A stretch of 40,000 nt of DNA, from assembly GCF_005843985.1 (NCBI RefSeq), contig NZ_CP040463.1, positions 1,534,878 to 1,574,877 on the forward strand. The letters run 5' to 3'. This document shows, piece by piece, positions 17,682 through 27,994 of this stretch. The position numbers were made by a program, and so were the translations under genes. The stretch is from Caminibacter mediatlanticus TB-2. GTDB taxonomy: Bacteria; Campylobacterota; Campylobacteria; Campylobacterales; Nautiliaceae. The notes beneath the pieces are model-generated. The model made no database searches. It was not told where the DNA came from and worked only from the letters and a program-made list of their open reading frames with translations. How positions within the stretch are numbered: the first letter of the stretch is position 1; the number at the start of each line of letters is the position of its first letter.

Positions 17682-18217
17682 TTGAAACCTCCATATCTCA
17701 CACTTTTTGTGAATTGTTCAACTGCTTGATTTTTTTTGCACTCAGGACAAGTATGAAGTAACTCTATTTTTTCTTCATTCATTACTACTCGTGTTTTTTC
17801 TAATCTCTCAATTACATAATTAATAAGCCTTTTAGTAGTAAATGGTTTATTACAAACTCTACATCTAACAACTTCAAGTTCTCCTATTTGTAATAAGTCT
17901 TCTTTATTAAATCTTACAGAGTTTTCAAATTCTTTTGTTAAATAAATTGCTCCTGTTGGACACACTTCTTCACATCTTGCACAAAAAATACATCTACCAC
18001 AATCAAATTCCCATTTTGATTTATCTTCATCTTTTAAATAACTAACATTAATTGCATTAGGAGGACAAGCAATTGCACAAGCTGCACATCCTATACATTT
18101 TTCATATTCATAATGAGGTTTTCCTCTAAATCCTTCATGAACTTCATAATCTCCAAAAGGATAATCATAAGTTACAATTCCAATTTCTCTTGTAATATCT
18201 AATAGTTTTAAACTCAT
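17678..18217 (-). CDS. hyfH: 2x[4Fe-4S] ferredoxin subunit, NuoI-like (HycF/HyfH)
   Basis: CIGCAACAIACP and CIFCARCEEVCP, plus an extra C-terminal CxxC..CxxC. Confidence 0.9.
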   Translation of the reverse strand: MSLKLLDITREIGIVTYDYPFGDYEVHEGFRGKPHYEYEKCIGCAACAIACPPNAINVSYLKDEDKSKWEFDCGRCIFCARCEEVCPTGAIYLTKEFENSVRFNKEDLLQIGELEVVRCRVCNKPFTTKRLINYVIERLEKTRVVMNEEKIELLHTCPECKKNQAVEQFTKSVRYGGFK

Positions 18218-18226
18218 CTTAAACTC

Positions 18227-19969
18227 CTATTTTTTAAGTGGAGAATTTTTTCTTGTTTTTGCATACTCTTTTAATTCTTTCTCAGTTATTATTTTTGTTT
18301 TTCCTGTCTTTACATCAACTACTGTAATTCTTTCAGTACAAGAATAACACGGATCAAGCGAACATACAATTAAAGCAGCATCTGATATATCATTTCCTCT
18401 AAATTGAAACCTAAGAGATGGCCAATTATTATATGTTGCAGCCCTACATCTCCATCTATATACCTTTTGAGCACTTCCTTGCATTACCCAGTGAATATTC
18501 TCTCCTCTTGGTGCTTCTGTATTCCCAAGAGCAAAATTTCCAGGTTTTATTAAATATTCATCTGGTTTTATAAAAATTGGACCTCCACTCATTAATTCAA
18601 AACATTGTCTAATTATACTAATTGCTTCCATAACTTCTTTATATCTAACTTTTTCTCTTGAAAGGACATCACAACCATACTCAACTGCAACTTCAAATTT
18701 AATCTCATCAAAGACATCAAATGGATGGTCATATCTTGTATCTCTTTTAAATCCACTTCCTCTCATATTTGGACCAACTGGTGAGAAGTCCCTTGCTACT
18801 TTTGGGTCTAACCTTCCAACTCCTCTCCATCTCTCAACTTGGTCATCATCTTCCATAATAGCTTCCCAAGCTTCTTTTAAATATTTCTCAACCTTATTAA
18901 GTAAAACTTTTGCTTCTTTTATTTCAGTTGCTGTAATATCTCTCCTCACTCCTCCGACCATAACATTTCCATAAGTTTTTCTACCACCCGTAATTAATTG
19001 AGCAAGTTCCATTGTATATTCTCTAATTCTAAAAAGATGCATAAATGCTGTAACATTTCCTGTAACTTCACACGCAAGTCCCATATTTAAAAGATGAGAA
19101 TGAAGTCTTTCAAGCTCTAAACATATAACTCTAATAAATTGTGCTCTTCTTGGGACTGGAATATTACTTGCTCTCTCAACTGCTTCAATACAAGCAATTG
19201 CATGATTAAATCCACAAATTCCACAAACCCTCTCAGCTAAAAATCCCATTTGGTCATAATTCATTCTATTTTCAGCTAATTTTTCCATTCCTCTGTGTTG
19301 ATAATATAATCTATAATCTGCATCAATTATAGTTTCACCGTCAACAAATAATCTAAAATGACCTGGTTCGTCACTTGTAATATGAAGTGGTCCCCAAGGT
19401 ACATCAACTACACCATCACCTTCTGGAAATAAAAATGGATAGTCTGGTTCGTCTTCTGGAGCTACTGGGTCTGGACGAAATCTATAATCCATTGCATCTT
19501 TTCTTAGTGGATGTAGATTATCTGGCCAATCATCTGGTAAAACTAATCTTCTTTTATCAGGAAGTCCTTCAGCTACAAGTCCAAACATATCATAAGCTTC
19601 TCTTTCATACCATACAGCTGCTGGGACTTTTGTTGTAACTGATGGATAAGTTGGGTCTGTTTCTGGTATTAATGTTTTTATTGTAATAAAACATTTCTCA
19701 TCTTGTGGCAATTCATCTTCAATCGTCATTTTGCCACCTTCCATTGAAAGAATATAATAAAGTGCATAATGTCCATTCATTTCTCTTTCATCATTAGCTA
19801 TCATACTAACAAGCCATCCACCCATATCATAATAAAGCATTCTTACTGCTTCTACTAAATCACTTCTTGGGACTAAAACAACAACTTGGTCAGGAGTTGA
19901 ATAACTCACATCTAAAACTTTTACTTTTTCTTTTAATTTATTTATAAATTTTTCACCTTTTGCCATCAA
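18227..19969 (-). CDS. hyfG: [NiFe] hydrogenase large subunit, NuoC-NuoD fusion (HycE/HyfG)
   Basis: 580 aa. N-terminal Ni ligands RVCGICGFNH, C-terminal DPCYSCTER followed by a cleavable extension. Confidence 0.92.
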   Translation of the reverse strand: MMAKGEKFINKLKEKVKVLDVSYSTPDQVVVLVPRSDLVEAVRMLYYDMGGWLVSMIANDEREMNGHYALYYILSMEGGKMTIEDELPQDEKCFITIKTLIPETDPTYPSVTTKVPAAVWYEREAYDMFGLVAEGLPDKRRLVLPDDWPDNLHPLRKDAMDYRFRPDPVAPEDEPDYPFLFPEGDGVVDVPWGPLHITSDEPGHFRLFVDGETIIDADYRLYYQHRGMEKLAENRMNYDQMGFLAERVCGICGFNHAIACIEAVERASNIPVPRRAQFIRVICLELERLHSHLLNMGLACEVTGNVTAFMHLFRIREYTMELAQLITGGRKTYGNVMVGGVRRDITATEIKEAKVLLNKVEKYLKEAWEAIMEDDDQVERWRGVGRLDPKVARDFSPVGPNMRGSGFKRDTRYDHPFDVFDEIKFEVAVEYGCDVLSREKVRYKEVMEAISIIRQCFELMSGGPIFIKPDEYLIKPGNFALGNTEAPRGENIHWVMQGSAQKVYRWRCRAATYNNWPSLRFQFRGNDISDAALIVCSLDPCYSCTERITVVDVKTGKTKIITEKELKEYAKTRKNSPLKK

Positions 19970-19976
19970 ATACTCC

Positions 19977-21458
19977 TTAACCTAAAATAATTTTCACTGC
20001 ATTGCTTAAAAGCAAATACCAGCTATCAATTTTATAAACACCAAAGGTAAAAATAAGTATTGCTAATATAATTAAAGGTAAATTAGCACTTGTTTCAACT
20101 TTTTTAGTTTTAACCTCACCTCTTACATTTCCAAAAGCAACTTCATTAAAGTGAGCAAGTACTGCAATAAAGATAATTGCAAGTCCTATAATAAATAAAA
20201 CAATTTGTAAATACTCAGATGTAAAAATACCAGCTTTAATAATTAAAAATTCACTCACAAATACAGCTAAAAGCGGAATACCAATAAGTGAAAAAATTGC
20301 TACTGCAAATAGTGTAGTTACAAGTGGATTTATTTTTACTAATCCTCCCATTTTTTCCATATCTCTTGTGCCATAAATTTTAATTATATTACCACTTGCA
20401 CAAAATGCTAATGCTTTTGAGAGTGAGTGAGCCATAGTATGAAAAAGTGCTGCAAAAACTCCAAGAGGACCACCTACACCAAATCCAACTGCAATAATTC
20501 CAACATGCTCTACTGAATGGTATGCAAACATTCTTTTAATATCTCTTTGTCTTATAATAAATAGTGCTGCAATAAAAATTGAAAGTAATCCAACTACTAA
20601 AAATAGTGTTTCAACATATCCAAATCCAACACTTGAATGTCCAATAATTGAATAATATCTTAAAATAGCAGCAATTGCACATTTAAGTAGTACTGCACTA
20701 AGAATTGCTGATGTTGGTGATGGCCCTTCTGAGTGAACATCAGGAAGCCAAGTATGCATTGGTGCAAGACCAGCTTTTGTCCCAAATCCAATTAATACAA
20801 AAATAAATACTACTTTTAGTGCATCTGGATTTAGTAAATTAGCACTTGCCATTAAATTAGACCAGAACATTGGATTTTCACTATCACCTATTGCATTATA
20901 TCCAGCCCCATACATTAACACTGTTCCATATAATGCAAAAGCAAGCCCTACACTACATATAATAATATATTTCCAACCACTCTCAACAGCTCTTTTATTT
21001 TTATATATTGCCACCATAAATACTGATGAAAGTGTAGTAGCTTCAACAGCAGCCCACATTATTGCAATATTATTTGATACTACTGATAACATCATTGTGA
21101 AAATAAATAGATGCATTAATCCATAATAAAGCTTTACCTCTTTTAAATTTAATTCATTTTTTTGTATATCCCATTTCATATAATTAATTGCATACATATT
21201 TACTAAAAAACCAACAATTGCTATAAGTGTTAAAAACACTCCTGCAATAGGGTCTAAGATTAAATATTTGTGCAATGTAAAATAGATACTACCATCAATT
21301 ACAAATGAAACCACATTTAAAGTCAATACAAGTTCAACTACTGCTAATAGAGCATGTATAGTTGATACAAGCCCAAAGTTTTCTGGTAAAAACCATATTA
21401 CAATTGCTCCAATTAGTGGAATTAGTAGCATTGCAACTATTAATACTCCTACATCCAT
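19977..21458 (-). CDS. hyfF: antiporter-like membrane subunit (NuoM/N-like, HyfF-type)
   Basis: 493 aa polytopic protein. HTWLPDVHSEGPSPTSAILSAVLLK motif. Follows hyfE, as in E. coli hyf. Confidence 0.8.
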   Translation of the reverse strand: MDVGVLIVAMLLIPLIGAIVIWFLPENFGLVSTIHALLAVVELVLTLNVVSFVIDGSIYFTLHKYLILDPIAGVFLTLIAIVGFLVNMYAINYMKWDIQKNELNLKEVKLYYGLMHLFIFTMMLSVVSNNIAIMWAAVEATTLSSVFMVAIYKNKRAVESGWKYIIICSVGLAFALYGTVLMYGAGYNAIGDSENPMFWSNLMASANLLNPDALKVVFIFVLIGFGTKAGLAPMHTWLPDVHSEGPSPTSAILSAVLLKCAIAAILRYYSIIGHSSVGFGYVETLFLVVGLLSIFIAALFIIRQRDIKRMFAYHSVEHVGIIAVGFGVGGPLGVFAALFHTMAHSLSKALAFCASGNIIKIYGTRDMEKMGGLVKINPLVTTLFAVAIFSLIGIPLLAVFVSEFLIIKAGIFTSEYLQIVLFIIGLAIIFIAVLAHFNEVAFGNVRGEVKTKKVETSANLPLIILAILIFTFGVYKIDSWYLLLSNAVKIILG

Positions 21459-21461
21459 TTT

Positions 21462-22115
21462 CTATCCTTTTAAATTAGATGCTTTTGTTACATCTAAACT
21501 TCCAAAGTATTTATAGTATCTCATAGCAAGGATTGACATAATAATTACTGCAAAAATTGCATCTGTTAAAATACCTACATCTACAATCTCAGGAGATTTA
21601 TAAGCCATAAGTGCAAGTGTAAGATGACTTCCATTTTCAAATAGACAAAATGCCATAATTTGTTTTATAATATTTTTTCTTAAAATAAGCCCAAAAATTC
21701 CTATCATAAAAACAGTAATTGAAGCAATTAATGGAATATCTTCTTTTAAAAGAGAAAATTCTTTTAAAATTGGATATAACATCATCGCTGTTGCAAGTGA
21801 AAACGCAATTGCAATAATTGGACTAACAAAAAATCCTTCAACTGGTTCTTCTTCGATAATTACATTTAATTTTCTAATAAGTTTTATTAAAATATATGGG
21901 ACTAATATTACTTTTAAAAAAAATCCAATAATTGCCCATGACATAAGTTCTTGGGCATTATATTTTTGTGCTAATACTGCAAAAATTGTAATTAATAACA
22001 TTGTTTGTATTACATAAATATAAGCAGCTTGTTTTATATTTCTCCACCCAAAAACAGCAAGTGATGTTACAATCATTAATAATGATAATATTGATACTAA
22101 ATCTAATGTAACCAT
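21462..22115 (-). CDS. hyfE: hydrogenase-4 membrane subunit HyfE-like
   Basis: 217 aa, about 7 TM. Its size and its position between the NuoH-like and NuoN-like subunits match HyfE. Confidence 0.7.
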   Translation of the reverse strand: MVTLDLVSILSLLMIVTSLAVFGWRNIKQAAYIYVIQTMLLITIFAVLAQKYNAQELMSWAIIGFFLKVILVPYILIKLIRKLNVIIEEEPVEGFFVSPIIAIAFSLATAMMLYPILKEFSLLKEDIPLIASITVFMIGIFGLILRKNIIKQIMAFCLFENGSHLTLALMAYKSPEIVDVGILTDAIFAVIIMSILAMRYYKYFGSLDVTKASNLKG

Positions 22116-22116
22116 T

Positions 22117-23043
22117 TTACGCTCCTAACACATAAGTTATTACTGCCATAAAAGCAATAACTAATGCAAAATTTGCTTTTCTTTTGAAACTACTAAGCAA
22201 TTTATATCTTGGACCAAAGTTATCAATAAAAACTGCCCCTACATAAAACACACCAGCTTTTATAATGTAAATTAGAAGTGCTAATAAAGGAAATTCAACA
22301 TTCCATGGTTCAAAAATTGATAAAAATAGTCCTATCATTACAAACTGTTTAATAAGCATTGTCATATGAGAAATAGCTAAATCGCTACCGCTATATTCCC
22401 CTAGTACTCCCTCTTGAAGTTCTTGTTCTGCTTCTGCTAAATCATATGGATTTCTTGCCATTTCTACATACATTGCCCAAAGAAATGCAATTGAAGCAAT
22501 TGCAAAAGAAGGATAAATATATCCAATTTGCCAATGTTTTACCATATATTGAATTTCTACTAAATTAGATGTTTTAGCAAGTAACATTACTACTATTAAG
22601 CATAAAACAATTACTGGTTCTACAAAAACACCTATCATTTGCTCTCTACTCCCACCAATTGCAGCAAATGCATTTCCACTATCATTTGATGCAACACCAA
22701 AAATAAATCTAAAAAATGCTCCAAGATATAAAATTACAAATAAATCTGACACAACCCCTGCTTTAAAATCAGTTGCATACGTAATAGGTAACGCTGCAAG
22801 CATTGTTGCAACTACACCAAACATAATATATGGTGCATATTTAAAAACCCAATGAGCATTTTTAGGATATACTCTTCCTCTTTTAAAAAGTTTATATAGG
22901 TCTCTATAAGTTTGGAAAGGGTCAGGTGGACCTTTTCTTGCTTGCATTTTTGCTCTAATCATTCTTGCGACACCATCAAAAAATGGTGCTACCGCAACTA
23001 CCGCTAAAACTTGAACTACCATCCAAAATAATGTTGTACTCAT
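22117..23043 (-). CDS. hyfC: NuoH-like membrane subunit (HycD/HyfC)
   Basis: 308 aa polytopic protein. NuoH/HycD-like loop LAEAEQELQEGVLGEYSG. Confidence 0.85.
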   Translation of the reverse strand: MSTTLFWMVVQVLAVVAVAPFFDGVARMIRAKMQARKGPPDPFQTYRDLYKLFKRGRVYPKNAHWVFKYAPYIMFGVVATMLAALPITYATDFKAGVVSDLFVILYLGAFFRFIFGVASNDSGNAFAAIGGSREQMIGVFVEPVIVLCLIVVMLLAKTSNLVEIQYMVKHWQIGYIYPSFAIASIAFLWAMYVEMARNPYDLAEAEQELQEGVLGEYSGSDLAISHMTMLIKQFVMIGLFLSIFEPWNVEFPLLALLIYIIKAGVFYVGAVFIDNFGPRYKLLSSFKRKANFALVIAFMAVITYVLGA

Positions 23044-23053
23044 AGCTTTCTCC

Positions 23054-25021
23054 TTACACTATAAAGCTAATACCAACAAAAACAAATAAAGCTACTAATA
23101 CATAAAGTACATATAGGTTTGTTTGACCATTTTGTAGTTTTACTGCTTTTGATGAAATATAATCTGTTACTTTAATAAATGGTTCATAAAAAATACTCCA
23201 CCAAATATCTTTTGGATGATTATGATATATAACAGGTTTAAAATAACCTTGGTCTATCACTTTTTTATCTGCTCTATATAGCCAATTCATCACTTTTCTT
23301 AAAGCACCTGTATATGGTGAAGCTGTCATTTGCATTCTACTTGAATATTTAAATCCACAAGCCCAAGGGTCTGCTTCTCTAACATAAACTTTTGCTTTTA
23401 AATTATTTTGAATAATCACTACTAAAATAAATGGAAGTGCAAGTAATGACATCATAATAATTGCAATCATTGGAGTAGAAATCATACTACCAAGTGGACT
23501 AACAATTGCTCCATCCACTACTGCTTTGTATCCTCCACTAAAACTACCAACTACATTCATAATATGCTCAACTACACTGCTTGCTCCAATACCATATGCA
23601 AAACATCCAAGAACTAATAAATACATACCAATAATCATAGTAATAGGAGCTTCTTTTGCTTTTTCAAAAATTTTTTTATTTCTTGGAGTCCCACCAAATA
23701 TCACACTATAAACTTTTACAAAACACATAACAGCAAGTGCACCAACAAGTGCTAATGATACAATTGATAAAGTATATACAAATCTATATAAAATCCCTTC
23801 TCCTAAGGCGGCTTGAAGCATGGATTGATAAGTAATCCATTCACTAACAAATCCATTTAATGGAGGAAGTGCTGTAATTGCCATTGAACCAATTAAAAAT
23901 GCAAATGCAGTATATGGCATTTTTCTTGCAAGTCCACCTAATATTTCCATATCTTTTGTATGAGTTGAGTGAAGAACACTTCCTGCACTTAAAAAGAGAA
24001 GTCCTTTAAATGTTGCGTGGTTTAACACATGATATAGTCCACCTAAAAAACCAACACTTGCAAGTAAAGGATTTTGAGTTGCAATACCATAAACTCCAAC
24101 TCCTATACCAAGTAAAATAATTCCAATATTCTCAACTGAGTGATATGCAAGAAGTGCTTTATAGTCATGTTGTGTTAATGCATATAAAACACCCATTAAT
24201 GCTGAAACAGCTCCAAATATTGTAATCATAATACCCCAACTTGGCATAACTGGAAGCCATAAACAAAACTGAATAATTCCAAAAATCGCAACTTTAATCA
24301 TCACCCCACTCATTAGAGCTGATACATTTGATGGCGCTGCTGGGTGAGCTTTTGGAAGCCATACATGAATTGGAAAAACTCCAGCTTTTGAACCAAAACC
24401 AAAAAATGCAAGTAAAAATACAATTGTTGCAATTGTTGGAGTTAAGTTTGCCATATAAAAATCTTTAAATTCCATACTACCAGCATAATAACTTAAAATT
24501 AAAAATGCAAGTAAAATCATAGCCCCACCAAGATGAGCTATCCCCATATAAATTACAGTAGCTTTTAGCGATTTTTCATCATCGTTAAATACAATTAAAA
24601 AGTAAGAAATAATAGTCATAAGTTCCCAAAACACCATAAACCAAAAAACATTAGCTGCACTTATTACAAGAAGCATTGATAAAATAAATCCACTAAATAA
24701 TGCAGCCATAACTCCTGCATTTGCTTTTTCATTATATTCTTTTGAATAGCTAATTGAATATATTGAAGCTGCAAGTGCAATAAAACTAATTACAAATGAA
24801 AAAAATGCTCTAAGTGGAGTTAATTCAAAATGTGGATTAAATATAAACCCTTCTACATATATTGATGAATTAGATGTCAAATTTACTAAAAAATAAAATA
24901 CACCAACTATTGAAGCAAGAGCAGTCATTGAAAAGCCAACTACTCCTGCAAAATTTTTTTCCTTCATTAATACAAGGGAGGTTATTGATGCTAATAAAAA
25001 AAGTGCATATACCACTTCCAT
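23054..25021 (-). CDS. hyfB: NuoL-like antiporter-type membrane subunit (HycC/HyfB)
   Basis: 655 aa. HVWLPKAHPAAPSNVSALMSGVMIK motif, about 15 TM. Confidence 0.85.
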   Translation of the reverse strand: MEVVYALFLLASITSLVLMKEKNFAGVVGFSMTALASIVGVFYFLVNLTSNSSIYVEGFIFNPHFELTPLRAFFSFVISFIALAASIYSISYSKEYNEKANAGVMAALFSGFILSMLLVISAANVFWFMVFWELMTIISYFLIVFNDDEKSLKATVIYMGIAHLGGAMILLAFLILSYYAGSMEFKDFYMANLTPTIATIVFLLAFFGFGSKAGVFPIHVWLPKAHPAAPSNVSALMSGVMIKVAIFGIIQFCLWLPVMPSWGIMITIFGAVSALMGVLYALTQHDYKALLAYHSVENIGIILLGIGVGVYGIATQNPLLASVGFLGGLYHVLNHATFKGLLFLSAGSVLHSTHTKDMEILGGLARKMPYTAFAFLIGSMAITALPPLNGFVSEWITYQSMLQAALGEGILYRFVYTLSIVSLALVGALAVMCFVKVYSVIFGGTPRNKKIFEKAKEAPITMIIGMYLLVLGCFAYGIGASSVVEHIMNVVGSFSGGYKAVVDGAIVSPLGSMISTPMIAIIMMSLLALPFILVVIIQNNLKAKVYVREADPWACGFKYSSRMQMTASPYTGALRKVMNWLYRADKKVIDQGYFKPVIYHNHPKDIWWSIFYEPFIKVTDYISSKAVKLQNGQTNLYVLYVLVALFVFVGISFIV

Positions 25022-25031
25022 TTTAAATCCT

Positions 25032-25613
25032 TTATGCTTTAATGCATTGAACTAATGCATCAACAGCTTCAGTTGCTTTATTCATTACTAATTGGTCTTG
25101 TTTTTTAGGTTCAAAAAATACTAATGCATCAGTAGGACATACCTCAACACACGCTGGTCCCCCTTCTCTTCCTTTACACAAATCACATTTAACTGCTATT
25201 GTTTTTAAACCTATTGCACTTTCAAGTGTAGGAATTTTTTCAGGTTCTAATCTATAATCCACACTTGGCATTGCTTCTGCTGCTGGTCTTATTGCTCCAA
25301 ATGGACATGCAATTGAGCATAATTTACATCCAATACATATTTCTTCATAAAGTTCAATTTCATCTTCTCCAAATCTTAAAGCTCCCACAGGACAAACATT
25401 TGCACATGGAGCATCATCACACTGTCTACATTGATTTGGCATAACTCCATACATCCCTCTTGTAACAATCAAACGAGGAGTAGCAAGTTTACCCCTCTCA
25501 TATGCTGATTCAAAACACGCCGCCATACATGTTGCACAACCTATACATTTTTCTGGATTTGCAATTACAAATTTATTTTTTTTATTAATTTGCATGACTA
25601 ACTCCTTACACAC
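25032..25613 (-). CDS. hyfA: poly-ferredoxin electron-transfer subunit (HycB/HyfA)
   Basis: 193 aa. CIGCATCMAAC, CRQCDDAPCANVCP, CIGCKLCSIACP and CDLC..CVEVCP. Overlaps the fdhF end by 16 nt. Confidence 0.9.
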   Translation of the reverse strand: MCKELVMQINKKNKFVIANPEKCIGCATCMAACFESAYERGKLATPRLIVTRGMYGVMPNQCRQCDDAPCANVCPVGALRFGEDEIELYEEICIGCKLCSIACPFGAIRPAAEAMPSVDYRLEPEKIPTLESAIGLKTIAVKCDLCKGREGGPACVEVCPTDALVFFEPKKQDQLVMNKATEAVDALVQCIKA

Positions 25614-27829
25614 TTAGCATATTCAGCTTCCATTTGTTGTAGAAGCTCTTTTCTAATTTTTAAAAACTCTTCTTCACTAATTTTTTGAATATTAGCAATT
25701 GACATTTTAAGAGGCGGCGTTTTTGCTAACTTATCAAGTGGTTCTGGTGGAACAAGCTCGTTACCATCTGCTTCTGCATAATGGAATGTTGTAAATATTG
25801 TTCCATATCTCATATCAGGTCTAACAACTGCTTTTGCTGCAATAAGTCCTCTTTTATTCCATACTTTTACATAATCACCTGTCTCAATACCTCTCTCATC
25901 AGCAATATCTTGAGAAATTTCAATAGTAGCTCCCATAATATCAGCACCCATTTCAAGAGGCTTACACTCTCTTGTCATTGTACCTGTATGATAGTGATAA
26001 ACTTTTCTTCCTGTTGTAAACATACAAGGATAAACTTCATTTGGTTTTTCACTTGGAACACCAACTCCAACTAAATAATCATCTGGTGCTCCAATTTTTT
26101 TTCTAAATTCTTCTTCTAAAATATCTCTATCTCCATCCTCACTAAATCCAACTGGTACTAATACAAATTTTCCATCTGGAAGCATTGATTTTTTATCTGC
26201 ATATAAATAAGGAGTTCCTGGATGTTCTTCATCAGGGCATGGCCAATTTATTCCATTAAGTTTTTTTATTCTTTCATAACTTATACCACCAAATTTTGAA
26301 GGACAAACTTTTCTTACTTCATTCCAAATCTCCTCAGCCCTTAGAAAATCAAATCCTTTAAGCCCAATTCTATTTGCAACATTACAAATAACTTTCCAAT
26401 CTGGTTCTAAATTAGCAGGTGGTGTTACTGCAGCTGATAGGTATTGGACTCTTCTTGAAGTATTATTAAATGTACCTTCTTTTTCACTCCAACAAGCAGC
26501 AGGCAATACTACATCTGCTCTTTGAGCAGTTTCTGTTAAGAAAATATCTTGAACTACAATAAAATCAACATGACATAATGCTTCTAAGAAATGATCTGTC
26601 CATGGGTCTGACATAACAGGATTTTCTCCAAAAATGTATAAACATTTAATAAGACCCTCTTCCATTTTATGAGGAACTTCTGTTAATGTCCATCCAGGAT
26701 TTGGATTAATTTTAAAGCCCCAAACACTCTCAACATGTTTTCTATACTCATCATTTGTAAGAGGTCCTCCTGTAAGTGTATTTGGAAGTGCTCCCATATC
26801 ACCTGCACCTTGGACATTATTTTGACCTCTAAGTGGATTAACTCCTCCACCTTTTACTCCAAGGTTTCCTGTAAGAATTGCTAAATTTGACATTTGAAAT
26901 ACTTGATAAGTTCCATAACTAAATTGAGTTACACCCATTGTATAACAAATTGCAGATGGATTTCCTTTTGCATAAAGTTCTGCTGCTTTTTTAATATCCT
27001 CTGCATTTAAATCATACTCTTTTGCAACTCTCTCAGGTGTAAATTCTTCAACTGATTTTTTAAGATATTCAAATCCTTTTGAGTATTTTTCGACAAATTC
27101 TTTATCATAAAGTTCGTTTTTAATAATATGATAAATCATTGCATTAATTACAGGAATATTCCTTCCAACAGGTACAGGAATATAAACATCAGCTTTTTTA
27201 GCCATATCAATTCCACGAGGGTCAATTACAATTAGTTTTGCTCCTCTTTCAAGTCCTCTTTGAATTTGCATTGCAATAATAGGATGACACTCACTCGTAT
27301 TTGTCCCAATAAGTAAAAATACATCAGTATCAGTTGCAAATTCTGCTAAGTCATTTGTCATAGTCCCACTACCAAGTGTTTTAGCCAGACCGGCTACTGT
27401 TGGACCATGTCATAAACGAGCACAATGGTCTATATTATTTGTACCTAAGGCTCTAAAAAATTTTTGAAAAACATAATTATCTTCATTTAAACATCTTGCA
27501 GATGAAAATCCAAAAATTGAATTTGGACCATATTTTTCAACAGATTCTTTAATTTTTGAAGCAACTAAGTTATATGCTTCCTCCCAACTTGCTTCTTCAA
27601 GTTTTCCATCTTTTGAAAATTTACCATCTTTTTTTCTAATTAGAGGTTTTGTAAGTCTTTTTGGAGAGTGAACATATTCCCATCCATACCAACCTTTTAA
27701 ACACAACTCTCCATCATTTACAGGATGATTTGGTGTTGGTTTAGCTTCAACTATCCTTCCATTTTCTACATACAAATCTATATTACAACCAGTCCCACAA
27801 TAAGGACAGACAGTTTGATATTTAGTCAT
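25598..27829 (-). CDS. fdhF: cytoplasmic formate dehydrogenase H, selenocysteine-containing (TGA at 27410..27412, minus strand)
   Basis: ORFs 27410..27829 and 25598..27361 are in one frame: ...[31 protein letters not shown]. N-terminal CPYCGTGC..C cluster and no signal peptide. Sec is residue 140 counted from the Met, as in E. coli FdhH. First gene of the hyf operon. Confidence 0.92.
27372..27409 (-). promoter_or_regulatory. SECIS-like hairpin downstream of the fdhF UGA
   Basis: Minus-strand RNA is UGA CAU GGU CCAACAGU AGCC-GGUCU-GGCU AAAACAC UUGG. Upper stem AGCC/GGCU carries apical loop GGUCU (E. coli fdhF SECIS has a GGUC-type loop). Lower stem is CCAA/UUGG. Confidence 0.65.
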
Positions 27830-27886
27830 GCAGACTCCTTTTTTGATTTTTACATCTAAATCATATATCTTTTAATATTAATTTAA

Positions 27887-27902
27887 TGTCATATAGAAGA
27901 CA
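27887..27902. promoter_or_regulatory. palindromic operator TGTCATATAGAAGACA in the fdhF / crp-fnr divergent region
   Basis: TGTC-N8-GACA. The centre lies 32 bp from the centre of a -10-like TATGAT (minus strand, 27860-27865), about 66 bp upstream of the fdhF ATG and about 100 bp upstream of the regulator ATG. Confidence 0.5.
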
Positions 27903-27994
27903 AAAATAAATGTTCATTTTTTGCATAATTAAAGTTACACTAAAAAAACAATTAAATTAATGTTAACTGAATATAATTAAAAAAAAGGTTTTTA

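Noticed and set aside
25598-27829. fdhF is split by a stop at 27410-27412 (minus strand)
   Set aside because: Same logic as for fdhA: a TGA at residue 140 in [13 protein letters not shown], followed by a GGUCU-loop hairpin.
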